A stretch of DNA of 64,000 nucleotides from a virus (taxonomy: Duplodnaviria > Caudoviricetes), in IMG/VR virus record IMGVR_UViG_3300025723_000013; one strand, written 5' to 3'. Made by a program: the position numbers and the translations under genes. Below the pieces are notes generated by a model. The model was given only the letters and a program-made list of their open reading frames with translations, was not told where the DNA came from and searched no databases. Numbering within the stretch: position 1 is the stretch's first letter; the number at the start of each line of letters is the position of its first letter. Below, piece after piece: positions 15,828-28,200 of the stretch.

Positions 15828-18176
15828 ATGCCAATAGAGACCAGAATAAGTGGAAAATATAAATCCTTTGATTCTCCGGGTCCCTACATAGGAAGAATTA
15901 CCAATTTGCTTGATACCACGTATATGGGTGGACTAGAAGTTGTTCTTGAAAAAGGACATCCGGGTAATACTCAAATACAAGAACAAACATATATAGTACA
16001 GTACCTTACACCATTTTATGGAGTTACCGATGTTCGAACTGAAGGTAATGATCCTGCTAATTTTAATGATGTTCAAAAAAGTTACGGTTTTTGGATGGTT
16101 CCTCCTGATATAGGAACCAAGGTTCTTTGTATTTTTATTGATGGGGACCCAAATCAGGGCTACTGGATAGGATGCATAGCGGATCGTTTCCAAAATCAAA
16201 TGATTCCAGGCATAGCAGCTAGCCAAAACGTGCTGCTCACAGACGCACAGCTCAAAAAATATGGAGAAGTCACTAATCTTCCAGTAGCTGAATTTTTAAA
16301 GAGAACTATCAAACCGCTTATCAGCCCAAATGCGCAGTTAAAACCAGTACATCCGTTCGCTGATAGATTACTAGAACAAGGATTGCTGGCAGATAATATT
16401 CGAGGAGTTACTTCTAGCTCTGCAAGACGTGAGGTTCCCAGTTCGGTATTTGGCATAAGCACCCCGGGTCCGTTGGATCCAACCGGAAAGACAACCTTGA
16501 TAGGGTACGGAAAAACCAATCAAAAATCCCAACGTATCAGTAGATTAGGCGGAACCCAATTTGTCATGGACGACGGAGATGCAGCGGGTCAAAACGAATT
16601 AGTAAGACTAAGAACCAGAACCGGTCATCAGATTCTCATGCACAACAGCAGCGACTTGATTTATATAGCTAATAGCAAAGGAACTGCATGGATTGAATTG
16701 ACATCCAACGGCAAGATAGATGTCTACGCCAATGATAGCGTCAGTATTCATTCTGAAGCAGATTTTAATTTCAGAGCTGATCGAGATATAAATCTTGAAG
16801 CTGGAAGAAACATTCACATGGCTGCTGGGTCAAACATGGAAACCAATGTTGGAGGATTTTATAATCTTGTAATTTCCGATTATGCTAAAATATCTATAGC
16901 CAACGACAAAGATGAAACAGTTGGAGGCAGTTCAAGATTTACTGCAGGAGATTCTATCAATCAGTCGGCAACTCGTAATATAATCGCCACTGCTGGCTCA
17001 GGAATGAGCTTGTCGGCGGGCGGAAATTTAAATCTTACTACCGATGTAAACTTGAATCTCTCAGCTACTGGAGATATACTGCAAACTGGATATCAAATAT
17101 TCCTAAATGGACCTCCGGCCGAAGAGGCAGAAAAAGCTGACGATGCCAATCCGGCTCCTGCCTTGCCTTTTTACCATCTACCTAATAGAGTTTACAGCGC
17201 TGGATGGTCAAAAGGTAATTTCTATCAAGGTCCGCCTATCGCTAGTATCATGCAACGTGTTCCTACCCATGAGCCGTGGGATCAACATGAAAATATTAAT
17301 CCTGATCTATTCAGTCCTGCACGGACAGATGTAACCTTGATAGATAGATCTGCAAGCGGTATTCCGGCAAACACCAGCGGAGCAGCCCCGTCTAACAGTG
17401 CTGATGTTATACCTGGAACATGCGATCCTGTTTATGCCAAACAAATTTCAGAACCCGCGAGCCAGGCAGGAATTTCCGCTCTCAAAGAAGCATGCAAGCA
17501 ATTAAATATCACTTCGCCGGTGGCAATCGCCTCTCTTTTAGGTATTGCAGGTGGCGAAAGTAGATGGAAAACGGTACAGGAAGGATTTAATTACAGCGCG
17601 GCCAGATTGTTGCAGGTATTTCCAAGTGTGTTTAAAGGGGATCAAGCGTTGGCACAACAATATGCTGGCAATCCCAATAACAGTTTACCAGAATTTTTAT
17701 ATGGGTATCAAACCGCTAAAGGAAAAGGACTAGGCAATACACAGCCAGGCGATGGAGCTAAATTTATCGGTAGAGGCTATATACAATTAACTGGTAGAGC
17801 AAATTATGCACGATATGGTCAAATACTTTATCAAAAACAAGCATTAAACTCGCCGACTGCATTAGTTGATGATCCTACTCTATTGTTAGATCCAAAAATC
17901 GCAGCACTGGCTAGTGCGGCCTACATGTTGGATAGATGTAAAACTTCTGTGACCGATCCAGGATATTTTGAAGCAGCAGTCCGTTCGGTTGGCTTTTGTA
18001 CTCCGGACATACACACCACAAAACTTGGTTTTTATCAGTGTTTTATTGGACAACTGCAAGGAAATTCTTCAAACATTCAAGCTCCTACTCCTCAAACCAA
18101 CAGCGCAGGTCAACCAATAACTTCAACTGTGCCTCCAACCACCCAGTCAACTACCGGACCCAATCCTACTACATAA
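15828..18176 (+). CDS. gp5: Baseplate spike (gp5/VgrG-like) fused to a C-terminal GH19 lysozyme domain
   Basis: OB-fold region YGFWMVPPDIGTKVLCIF...GYWIGC, RLRTRTGHQILM beta-helix and PTHEPW; then GES...GNTQPGDGAKFIGRGYIQLTGRANY (GH19). Confidence 0.8.
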   Translation: MPIETRISGKYKSFDSPGPYIGRITNLLDTTYMGGLEVVLEKGHPGNTQIQEQTYIVQYLTPFYGVTDVRTEGNDPANFNDVQKSYGFWMVPPDIGTKVLCIFIDGDPNQGYWIGCIADRFQNQMIPGIAASQNVLLTDAQLKKYGEVTNLPVAEFLKRTIKPLISPNAQLKPVHPFADRLLEQGLLADNIRGVTSSSARREVPSSVFGISTPGPLDPTGKTTLIGYGKTNQKSQRISRLGGTQFVMDDGDAAGQNELVRLRTRTGHQILMHNSSDLIYIANSKGTAWIELTSNGKIDVYANDSVSIHSEADFNFRADRDINLEAGRNIHMAAGSNMETNVGGFYNLVISDYAKISIANDKDETVGGSSRFTAGDSINQSATRNIIATAGSGMSLSAGGNLNLTTDVNLNLSATGDILQTGYQIFLNGPPAEEAEKADDANPAPALPFYHLPNRVYSAGWSKGNFYQGPPIASIMQRVPTHEPWDQHENINPDLFSPARTDVTLIDRSASGIPANTSGAAPSNSADVIPGTCDPVYAKQISEPASQAGISALKEACKQLNITSPVAIASLLGIAGGESRWKTVQEGFNYSAARLLQVFPSVFKGDQALAQQYAGNPNNSLPEFLYGYQTAKGKGLGNTQPGDGAKFIGRGYIQLTGRANYARYGQILYQKQALNSPTALVDDPTLLLDPKIAALASAAYMLDRCKTSVTDPGYFEAAVRSVGFCTPDIHTTKLGFYQCFIGQLQGNSSNIQAPTPQTNSAGQPITSTVPPTTQSTTGPNPTT

Positions 18177-18179
18177 ATA
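18173..18179 (+). promoter_or_regulatory. Late promoter ATAAATA, 5 nt before the gp25 ATG
   Basis: CATAAATATTCATATG with no SD. Confidence 0.55.
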
Positions 18180-18184
18180 TTCAT

Positions 18185-18625
18185 ATGCCATATAAAAATC
18201 TTGAACTTAATCCACCGCAATTTAGCGCTGCTTTGCAAAATAAACAAAGCCAGTTTTATATTGGATATAGCAGTGTGAATGTAGGAACCTTAGGAACCAC
18301 TAAATTATATGATTTTAATCTTATAAAGCAGGATCTATTGAATCAGTTTAATACAAAACAGGGCGAAAGAGTGATGAATCCCTCATTTGGAACAATTATT
18401 TGGGGATTGATGTTTGAACCTTTCACGGATGATGTCAAGCAAGCTATCACTAATGATATCAATCGCATCTGCAATTTTGATCCAAGAATTGTTCCTATAC
18501 AAATAGATATCACTGAACAAGAATATGGAATGATTTTAGAACTTACTCTTCAATATGTAGGAACGGATCAAAGTCTCAATTTAAGATTGAATTTTGATCG
18601 AGAAGTTGGAATATTGCCGCAGTAA
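18185..18625 (+). CDS. gp25: Baseplate wedge subunit gp25
   Basis: DLLNQFNTKQGERVMNPSFGTIIWGLMFEP GPW/gp25 signature. Start reassigned to ATG 18185; the track's upstream extension overlaps gp5. Confidence 0.85.
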   Translation: MPYKNLELNPPQFSAALQNKQSQFYIGYSSVNVGTLGTTKLYDFNLIKQDLLNQFNTKQGERVMNPSFGTIIWGLMFEPFTDDVKQAITNDINRICNFDPRIVPIQIDITEQEYGMILELTLQYVGTDQSLNLRLNFDREVGILPQ

Positions 18626-18681
18626 TAATATACCAATTTAATTAAAACAATAAATATCGGTATCAACGAGATAGATAAAGT

Positions 18682-21600
18682 ATGATACCGTCAACAACAA
18701 ATAAATATCTGGTCGCCGAGAACTGGACAAAAATTTATCAAAGTTTTAAAAACGCAGAATTTCAAAGTTATGATTTTGAAACGCTGCGTCGTACAATGAT
18801 TACCTATCTCCAGCAGAATTATCCCGAAGATTTCAATGATTATATTGACAGCAGCGAATTTATAGCATTAGTTGATCTTATTGCATTTTTGGGACAAAAT
18901 CTCAGTTTTCGTATTGATTTAAATGCTCGTGAAAATTTCATAGAAACTGCCGAACGTCGAGACAGTATTCTTCGTTTGGCCTACTTGATTAATTATAATC
19001 CATCCAGAAATATTTCCGCTAATGGATTCTTAAAAGTATCATCGGTATTTACAACAGAAAACATCTATGACTCTAATGGCATTAATCTTGCCAATAACAT
19101 TATTGGTTGGAATGATCCAACAAACCCTAATTGGTACCAACAGTTTATTACTGTTATGAACGCTGCTATTTCGTCACCAAATGCATTTGGAAATCCGGCA
19201 GCCAGCAAAGTAATAAATGGTATACAAACAGATCAGTATAAAATTAATTCAAGCGGAAATGGACTTCCGGTTTTTGGTTTCAATGCAAATATTGCAGGAA
19301 CTTCCATGCCATTTGAATTGGTATCCTCGAGTTTTGCCAATAAAAATTACATTTATGAAGAACCCCCGCGTCCAGGCAATCAGTTGGGTATCATATTTCA
19401 AAATGATAATCAAGGAAGCGGTAGTGCCAATACAGGATTTTTTGTTCAATTCAAACAAGGAGCTTTGGCATCCAGTACTTTTAGTATTGATAGCCCGGTT
19501 CCAAACGAATTAATCGGTGTCAATGTAAGCAATATTAACAATACAGATGTGTGGTTATGGCAATTGTCATCAAACGGATCAACTCCCAACACATTATGGA
19601 CTCAAGTTCCTGCAGTGACAGGTAACAATGTAATTTACAACAGTATCAGCTTAGGCAATCGTAATTTTTACGCAGTTATAAGTCGAGCCAACGATCAAAT
19701 TGACCTTTCTTTTGCAGATGGCAGTTTTGGTAATCTGCCTAATGGTAGTTTTATTTTATATTATAGACAAAGCAATGGACAAACTTATTCTGTTACTCCA
19801 CAGCAGATGAATAATATATCAGTACAGATTCCTTACACCAACAAATCGGGACAATCTCAAAATCTTACCTTGGTTTTGAGTTTACAATATACAGTATCTA
19901 ATGCCGCTGCAAGTCAATCCAATAGTGATATAGTATTAAAGGCTCCGCAAACCTATTATACTCAAAATAGAATGATCACCGGGGAGGATTATAATATTGC
20001 TCCTTTGAATGTTGATCCTGATATCATCAAGGTAAAAAGTATAAATCGTGTTAGCAGCGGTATAAGCAAATATTACGAATTAACTGACATAAGCGGAGCG
20101 TACAGTTCAACGGATATTTTTGCCAGCGACGGCATTTTATATAAAGAAACAAATCTCAATAACTTTGAATTTTCTTTTACTACCAGAAATCAAATTTTTT
20201 CCACTATATCAACTCGTTTGGCCTCTGTAATAGATTCTCCAAGTTTTTATGCATTTTATTTAGATAGCAATAATTATCCAAGGATTAATTTGCAATCGTA
20301 TAATCTCAAATGGACGCAGTCCACCACTGCCAATAATGATCAATCTACTGGATATTTTAGTGCATTGTCCGTATCAAGTTTTACCCCGGTCAGCATAGGA
20401 TCATTTGGAAGTAATAATTTAGCTTATCTTGTTCCAGGAACATTAATTAAGTTTATACCCCCAACTCCTGGACAATATTTTTTGCCAAATGGCAAATTGA
20501 CCACTGTTGCTGATGATACTACAGTATCTTATATATGGATACAGATAGCAAATGTAATCGGCGATGGATCCAATACCGGACTAGGAACTCTCAATAACGG
20601 GACAGGCCCTGTTATATTGTCCGGAGTGGTACCAACTGGATCTATACCTACAGAAGTAATTCCTCCTTTCCAAACAATTCTACCGTATGGATTAGAAGTA
20701 GAAATAGCGAATCTTTCTTTGGCCAAAAGAAATTTTGGGTTAAGCTTCAGTGTTTCATCCATGACCTGGTTAATAATCGAAGACACCAATCTCAATTTAA
20801 CAAGTCCTTTTAGTTTATCTAATCAAGGAAATGTAAGTAATTCAAATTTAGATTCCAGCTGGATGGTAGCATTTCAATGGACAGGTCAGCAATACACAGT
20901 AATGTATCGAGTGGTAGAATATATATTTGAAAGTCAAGGACAAACTGCTTTTTTTGTTGATTCATCAACAAAAAATTATGATTTTACAACCGACACGGTT
21001 ATAAAAGATAGAGTAGATGTGCTTTCAAATAACAGTGTACCTAACAATTCAAATGTTTCGTCAACCACATACAAAGATGTCAATGTAATTGTGTCTCCAA
21101 ATGGATCCGTAACAATAGTGTCAAGTGACACTAATCAGCCGCTTGCTATTTTAAATTCTGCCGGATTAGGAATAAATTATTCTTGGCAAATTAACAGCGC
21201 TGTGGTTGAATCCGACGGATATGTCAATCCACAAAAGGTTTTGGTAAGTTTTTATGATAGTAATAATAATGGACAAATACAGGATCCTGATATGTTTGAT
21301 ATTATTGTTGGAACCTCCACCATAAATGCACAAACAGGATTTAACGATAAATTTGTCTATTTCCAATATTCGTCCGATGGTTCCACATACAGTTTATACA
21401 ATGGAACAATTTATGCGTATCCTTCGTTTGATTATGTTCCTAGTTCCATGCGTATAGACGGACAACTATATTATTTTTATGTGCCCAACATTATCTCGTC
21501 TTATTCGGTTATTACAAATTCCTTTTCAATACAAACATTTGCTAATTCAAATAATCCATTGTATTTTGCCTATCCTGGTAGGAAGGGTTTGAAATTTCAT

Positions 21601-22218
21601 TATGTACATAACAGCGGATCACAACGAAGATTAGACCCTAGTAAAATGAACATTGTTGATGTCTATTTGCTCAGCAGCAGCTATGACATCGCTTATAGAA
21701 ATTGGTTAAGTAGCGGAACAGGAACACCTCCTTTGCCGCCTACTACACAAAGTCTAGAAAATACTTATTCTGCTACATTAGAACCAATAAAAGCAATCAG
21801 TGACGAGATAATATATCATCCTGCAAGATATAAGGTATTGTTTGGAAGTCAAGCAGCCCCGGCACTGCAAGCAACATTCAAGGCCGTGCAAAGTGCTTCA
21901 AGTACAGCAAATACCACGGAATTACAAACTAAAATACTCAATGCAATAAATCAATTCTTTTCAATTGAAAATTGGGATTTTGGTCAAACCTTTAATTTTG
22001 GAGAATTATTAACGTATGTTATGAATATTATGACCCCCGATATTGTAAATTTTGTGATAGTTCCAAATTCGTCAGATAGCGTGTTTGGAAATCTTTTTCA
22101 AATCACTTGCGAAAGCAATGAGATATTTGTTAGCGGAGCAACTGTTAATAATATACAAATTATCAATAATTTAACAGCGTCTTCGCTGAACGCATCTTCT
22201 CTAGTGACCAGTAGCTAA
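18682..22218 (+). CDS. gp6: Baseplate wedge subunit gp6
   Basis: DFETLR...YPEDFNDYIDSSEFIALVDLIAFLGQNLSFRIDLNARENF..TAERRDS and QNRMITGEDY motifs. Confidence 0.88.
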   Translation: MIPSTTNKYLVAENWTKIYQSFKNAEFQSYDFETLRRTMITYLQQNYPEDFNDYIDSSEFIALVDLIAFLGQNLSFRIDLNARENFIETAERRDSILRLAYLINYNPSRNISANGFLKVSSVFTTENIYDSNGINLANNIIGWNDPTNPNWYQQFITVMNAAISSPNAFGNPAASKVINGIQTDQYKINSSGNGLPVFGFNANIAGTSMPFELVSSSFANKNYIYEEPPRPGNQLGIIFQNDNQGSGSANTGFFVQFKQGALASSTFSIDSPVPNELIGVNVSNINNTDVWLWQLSSNGSTPNTLWTQVPAVTGNNVIYNSISLGNRNFYAVISRANDQIDLSFADGSFGNLPNGSFILYYRQSNGQTYSVTPQQMNNISVQIPYTNKSGQSQNLTLVLSLQYTVSNAAASQSNSDIVLKAPQTYYTQNRMITGEDYNIAPLNVDPDIIKVKSINRVSSGISKYYELTDISGAYSSTDIFASDGILYKETNLNNFEFSFTTRNQIFSTISTRLASVIDSPSFYAFYLDSNNYPRINLQSYNLKWTQSTTANNDQSTGYFSALSVSSFTPVSIGSFGSNNLAYLVPGTLIKFIPPTPGQYFLPNGKLTTVADDTTVSYIWIQIANVIGDGSNTGLGTLNNGTGPVILSGVVPTGSIPTEVIPPFQTILPYGLEVEIANLSLAKRNFGLSFSVSSMTWLIIEDTNLNLTSPFSLSNQGNVSNSNLDSSWMVAFQWTGQQYTVMYRVVEYIFESQGQTAFFVDSSTKNYDFTTDTVIKDRVDVLSNNSVPNNSNVSSTTYKDVNVIVSPNGSVTIVSSDTNQPLAILNSAGLGINYSWQINSAVVESDGYVNPQKVLVSFYDSNNNGQIQDPDMFDIIVGTSTINAQTGFNDKFVYFQYSSDGSTYSLYNGTIYAYPSFDYVPSSMRIDGQLYYFYVPNIISSYSVITNSFSIQTFANSNNPLYFAYPGRKGLKFHYVHNSGSQRRLDPSKMNIVDVYLLSSSYDIAYRNWLSSGTGTPPLPPTTQSLENTYSATLEPIKAISDEIIYHPARYKVLFGSQAAPALQATFKAVQSASSTANTTELQTKILNAINQFFSIENWDFGQTFNFGELLTYVMNIMTPDIVNFVIVPNSSDSVFGNLFQITCESNEIFVSGATVNNIQIINNLTASSLNASSLVTSS

Positions 22219-22231
22219 GGAATTTTATTAA

Positions 22232-25200
22232 ATGGCCAATACATCGACTACTATTAGAAAATCAGTTAATTTACTTCCTACCTATTTTCAAACTAACGTA
22301 AATTCTAAATTTCTTGCTAGTACTATTGATCCTTTAATTTCTGTCCCGGAATTGGTTCGTATCAGCGGGTTTGTAGGGAGCAAACTAGATGTAACCTACA
22401 ATTCATTAACAGATGTTTACATCTCAGATTCAAATTCATCTAATGCCACTAGTCTAAGACAAAAATATCAATTGCAGCCGGCGTTAACCATGTCCGATGT
22501 TGATCAAAATATCACAAAGGCTTATGGGTTTGACGATTTAGTAAATCAATTAGGCGTATACGGAGCCAATACCAAAAATTTCAACAAGTTATTTTCTCCA
22601 GAAGTCAATGCCTACGATCCACATATTGATTGGGATAAATTTGCCAATTTTAATCAATATTATTGGCTTCCGGTAGGACCTGATCCTATTTCTATTTCTG
22701 GACAGCAGCAAAATACAATTAGCACATATGCCGTAACCGATTCCCCGGATGGTCATTATTTTATTTTTTCACCCGACGGAGTTACAGAAGATCCGTTAAC
22801 TACACTTTATAAAGGTGTAACTTATGTTTTTAACGTAAATTCACAAAATACGTTTTACATAAAAGCAAACAATCAATCCGGCGATTATGCAGCACTTACA
22901 TCCCAGGATGGAGTGATTAATAACGGTACCAGCACCGGACAGATAATTTTTACGGTAGGAGATACGCTACCTGGAACATTATTTTATGGATCAAGTAATA
23001 ATGATGTAGTTGTAGGCACTTTCTTGATACGACCCATACAGGATAATTCTTCAATTGATGTTGATCAAGACATTGTAGGCAAAGTTACTTACAAAACAGC
23101 CAACGGAATTCAATTTATCAATGGTTTGAAAATTCAATTTGTGGGAAATGTTACTCCTTCTTCGTATCTCAATAAAACGTTTATTGTAGAGGGTGTTGGT
23201 AAATCAATTACCCTGGTGGATTTTTCTACGTTGGTGACTCCGGAAATGGTTGGAACAATATTTGATGAAAATTTTGACGCCACAAATTTTGATGACTATC
23301 CGTTTGATGGAAATAAAACACTACCTTTAACTCCGGACTATATCACAATAAATCGTGCTAGCAGAGATCTAAATCCATGGACAAGATATAATCGATGGTT
23401 TCATGCAGATGTAATTACAACTACCGCGTTGGCCAACGGAAATATTCCAGTTCTTCCATCAACAGGCAGAGCTCAACGACCCATCATTGAATTTGAACCA
23501 AACATTCAGTTATACAATTTTGGAACAAATGCTATAATTCCGGTTGACATCATTGATCAAACTAGTGCTGATGTTTTCTCTACGATCGAAGGATCAACTG
23601 GCTATACAGTCGACGGAGTTGCTCTAACTTCGGGACAGCGCATTATATTTCTAGCAGATACTGATTCATTGGTATATGGAAATGTTTTTGAGGTTACATT
23701 TGTTTCTATAAACGGACAATATGTTATTAATTTGGTAGAAACGTATTCTCCTGTCACAGGCGACGGTGTCAGTATCACACAAGGTGATATAGGACAAGGA
23801 ACCCAATGGTGGTTTAATGGATCACAATGGAATTCTGCTCAAGCAAGATCAAAATTAAATAGTCCTCCTTTATTTGATTTATTTGACGGATCAGGTAACA
23901 GTTTTAGTGATAAGACATATTATGATTCAATTTTTTATGGTAATCAAATTTTTGGATATTCTATTGGTAAAGGTGCCGATGATCTGATATTGGGATTTCC
24001 ATTAAATTATTACCAAAACATTGGAATTGAAGGTTCCTATCTATTTGAGAATTATTTTAATAACGGATCATTGTCCTTATTAAACGGTAATCAAATTACT
24101 ACTATTCAAACCTCACAAACTTTTTTACGTGTCAATCAAGGATCAGCTGGATATTCTTATGAAAATGTTTGGACTGCTGGCGCTCCTTACCAGTTAGCTG
24201 TTCAGCAATTCCAAGTAGCTCCGGCAGGAACTTCAACTATTCCGGTTACCGTATTTGATAATTCCAGTTTAATAACCGATTTAAAAATTTCCATATTTTT
24301 AGATACAATTAAATTAAACACCGATGCTTACACACTCACGACAGCCAGTAATGGATTATCATTGAATGTTAATTTTGTTAACACGTTAACAACTGTGACA
24401 AATGTATTGTTCAATTGTTACACCAGCTCTAATCCTAATGAAAAAGGCACATATGAAGTTCCTTTAAATTTAACAAATAATCCGCTAAATGGTCAGATCG
24501 AACAGTTCACTCTTAGCGAACTATCAAATCATGTTCAAACAATGACTCAAAATGATCCTGATTTTTTGGGATTATTTCCTGGAGAAAGTAATTTAAAGAG
24601 TTTGCCGACTGCAAATAGATACGGCACAAGATTGATTAGTAACAATAATCCGCTGTCTTTTGCGCAGATATTCTTGACAGACATTGAACATAGTCTTATT
24701 AATGCAACCAGAGCAGCAGCTTCCGATTATTATCAATTTAAATTAAATTTACTTAAATTAATTTCACAGTCCGATCAGTTTGTAACGCCAGGCGGAATAC
24801 TTGATCAAGCTATTGGTTTGTTGATCAAGAATAAAAATTATACATTTCCTTATTCATTGAGCGATATGATTCCATATGGGGATAATTATGTTTCAAAATC
24901 GTATACTGTCAAGGATATTAGAAATATAAAATATCCTTTGCCGTCTGTTTTTGATATAACAAAATTATCAAATAGAGCCGTTTTAATTTATCAAAATGGA
25001 AATTTACTTACATATGGAATTGATTATATATTTGATCCTGATAATCCCAGTGTAACAATAATTGCATCTCTGAAAAAAGGAGATACAATCAACATTGTAG
25101 ATTACGTCAGTACTGTAGGGTCATATGTTCCGCCTACACCTACAAAATTAGGACTTTATCCTAGTTATGCTCCTTTGATGTATTTGGATAGCAGTTACGT

Positions 25201-28200
25201 AAATGGTCCTGTTGTGGTCATACAAGGTCACGACGGAAGTCTCACTGTAGCTTATACAAAAGTTGCAGATTATAACAATAAAAATATTGATTTTCGAGAT
25301 CTGGCATTATTGGAGTATGAAAAACGAGTTTTTAATAATCTTAAAACTCAATACGATCCTGATCTTCTAAATATAAACACTGTTTTGCCAGGAGTATTTA
25401 GAAACAACGATTATTCTTACAATGAAATTTATAAATTAATTGAAGGAGATTTTATTAATTGGACTTCTGCCTACAACATAAATTTCATTGATAATGCAGC
25501 TTATAATCCTGATTACTCTAAGACTTACAACTTTAAATCTGCCACTGATTATATCTTTAATAGTGTGATTCCGGGAAACTGGAGAGGCATGTACAAGTAT
25601 TATTTTGATACCGAACGTCCTGATACATGCCCTTGGGAGATGTTAGGATTCACGATCAAACCCATTTGGTGGGAAACTGAATACGGGCCCGGACCTTATA
25701 CTTCCGGAAACTTGAACTTATGGCAAGACCTTGAAGCAGGATTAATACGACAAGGTAACAGAGCCGGTGTAGATATGACGTATGTGCGTCCAGGTCTTAG
25801 TAAAATAATTCCAGTTGACGCCAGTGGTAATACCGTGGACATTAGACAATGGGCGAGTCTTGGTCAGAATGGATATATTAATAATCCGGATCAAGATTGG
25901 GCGTTTGGTGATAATGGGCCTGCAGAAAATGCATGGAGACGTAGTAGCTTGTGGCCTTTTGCTGTTCAGATTGCTTGTGCATTGGCCAAACCTGCCGATT
26001 ATGCGGCCAAAATGTTTGATCCAAGTCGATTGAGGAAAGATGTCACCGGGCAATACAAATATGGCCCTAACAGTTTATTTTTAAGTCCTAGCAATGTCAG
26101 TTTGTTCACCGATGTAGACAGTTCAGGAAACACAATTCTATCAGCTGGATACAGCGTCTGGGTAATAGAACATGGTAAAAAACGATCAGCAACTTATCTA
26201 TCATCTCTAAAGCAGGATTTATCATTTTTAGACTTTAATCTATTTTACAAAATAGGAGGATTTACTGATAAAAATCAATTGGAGATCGTGATTGATTCTG
26301 TAAGTCCTAATACCGTGGCGCCTGGGGTATTATTTCCAGGGAATGATTATACTTTATTTTTTAATGTCAGTAATCCAATCAGATCGGTATCTATTTCTGG
26401 AATTATTATTGAAAAGAAAAATGGGCAATTTTTAATCAAAGGATATGATAAGCAAAATCCATTTTTTACAATCAATGCGCCAATACATCAAACTAATGAT
26501 ACAATTGTCTCAGTTGGGGGGAAATCCCCGCCATTTTTAAATTGGGCTGAAAACACATTATATATTGCAGGACAATATATAAAATATAATAACACATTTT
26601 ACACAGTATCAAACACCATTAATTCGGGCACAGCCTTCAATCCGACCGATTATATAAAACTTTCTCAGTTGCCCACTATTGGAGGAGCTACTGTATTAGG
26701 TACATTTAATTACAGTTTCAATGATACAATTATACCATATGGAACATATTTTAGCACTCTGCAAGAAGTGTATGATCTTATAGTAGGATACGGACAATAT
26801 CTTGTTAGACAAGGATTTGTGTTCAACGAATACAATTCTAATTTAGGAGTTACGCTAGATTGGTTTTTTTCTGGAAAAGAATTCCTATATTGGACCACAC
26901 AAAACTGGGCAGATGGTTCCGTAATTACTGTAAGTCCTTTTGCTGACAAAATACAGTACAAGTTCACCAATGCTGCGGTTGATAGTGTGCTTGATAGTTT
27001 TTACAATTACAGTTTATTGAACGCTAGCGGAAACGCATTTCCTTACCAAAATATAGGTGTCAGTAGAGAAGATGGAATATGTTCAATTTCTACAGTGAAT
27101 ACTACCGACGGATTATATTTTGCTAGATTAAATTTGGTACAGAAAGAACATACCATTGTTATGAAAAACAAAAGTATGTTTGGCGATATTGTTTATGATA
27201 TTGAGACAGGGTATCGTCAGGCAAGAATACTATTGTCCGGATTTGTAACTGGAAAATGGAATGGCAACTATCTAAGTCCTGGTTTTGTCTACGACGATGT
27301 TTCCGTTTCTAATTGGAAGGCCTATATTGATTACAGAGTTTCAGACGTTGTAAAATACAATGGGCAATTTTATTCTGCCAATCAAAATATTACAGGATCA
27401 TCTACATTTGTTCTAACACAATGGGATGTATTAGGATCCGCTCCAGTAGCACAGTTATTGCCGAATTTTGAATATCAAATTAATCAATTCCAGGATTTTT
27501 ACAGTTTAGATGTCAATAACTTCAATGCTACACAACAACAGTTGGCGCAACATCTCACAGGGTATACTCCAAGACAATATCTTACAAATATCTTTATTGA
27601 TCCAGTAGCACAATATAAATTTTATCAAGGATTTATTAGAGAAAAAGGAACTTATAATTCTATCGAAAAATTGGCCAAGGCCAGCATACATAATCTACAA
27701 GGACAGATCAAGTATGACGAAGAATGGGCGTTTAGAGTAGGATCATATGGCAATTACTTGTCATATGACCAACTGGAATTTCCTTTAGATGAAGCAAATT
27801 TTGTAGAAAATTCACAAATAATACAATTTGTTGATACGGTTCCTGTGGTTCCATTTGATCCTATCTCCTATATAACACCTGCACAGGTGAGTATCAAGCC
27901 AAACAATTATTCCTCAAATAATGTTTTTGCCACTATAAATTCATCCACCTACACAAATACAAATTTTGTTTTACCAGTGGCAGGATATGTAAGAACAGAC
28001 GATGTAACTGCAACTGCTTACAATATTGGCAGTTTGTTAGATATAGCAAATAATAATTTGCTGAATGATGGCAATACAATTTGGATAGGATTTACCAGCA
28101 ATAGCGATTGGGATGTTTTTAGATACACCAAACAAATGGCCAAAGTAATTGGGACACAAATATCTATCCCAGCAACGTCATTACTTTTCATAACAGATTC

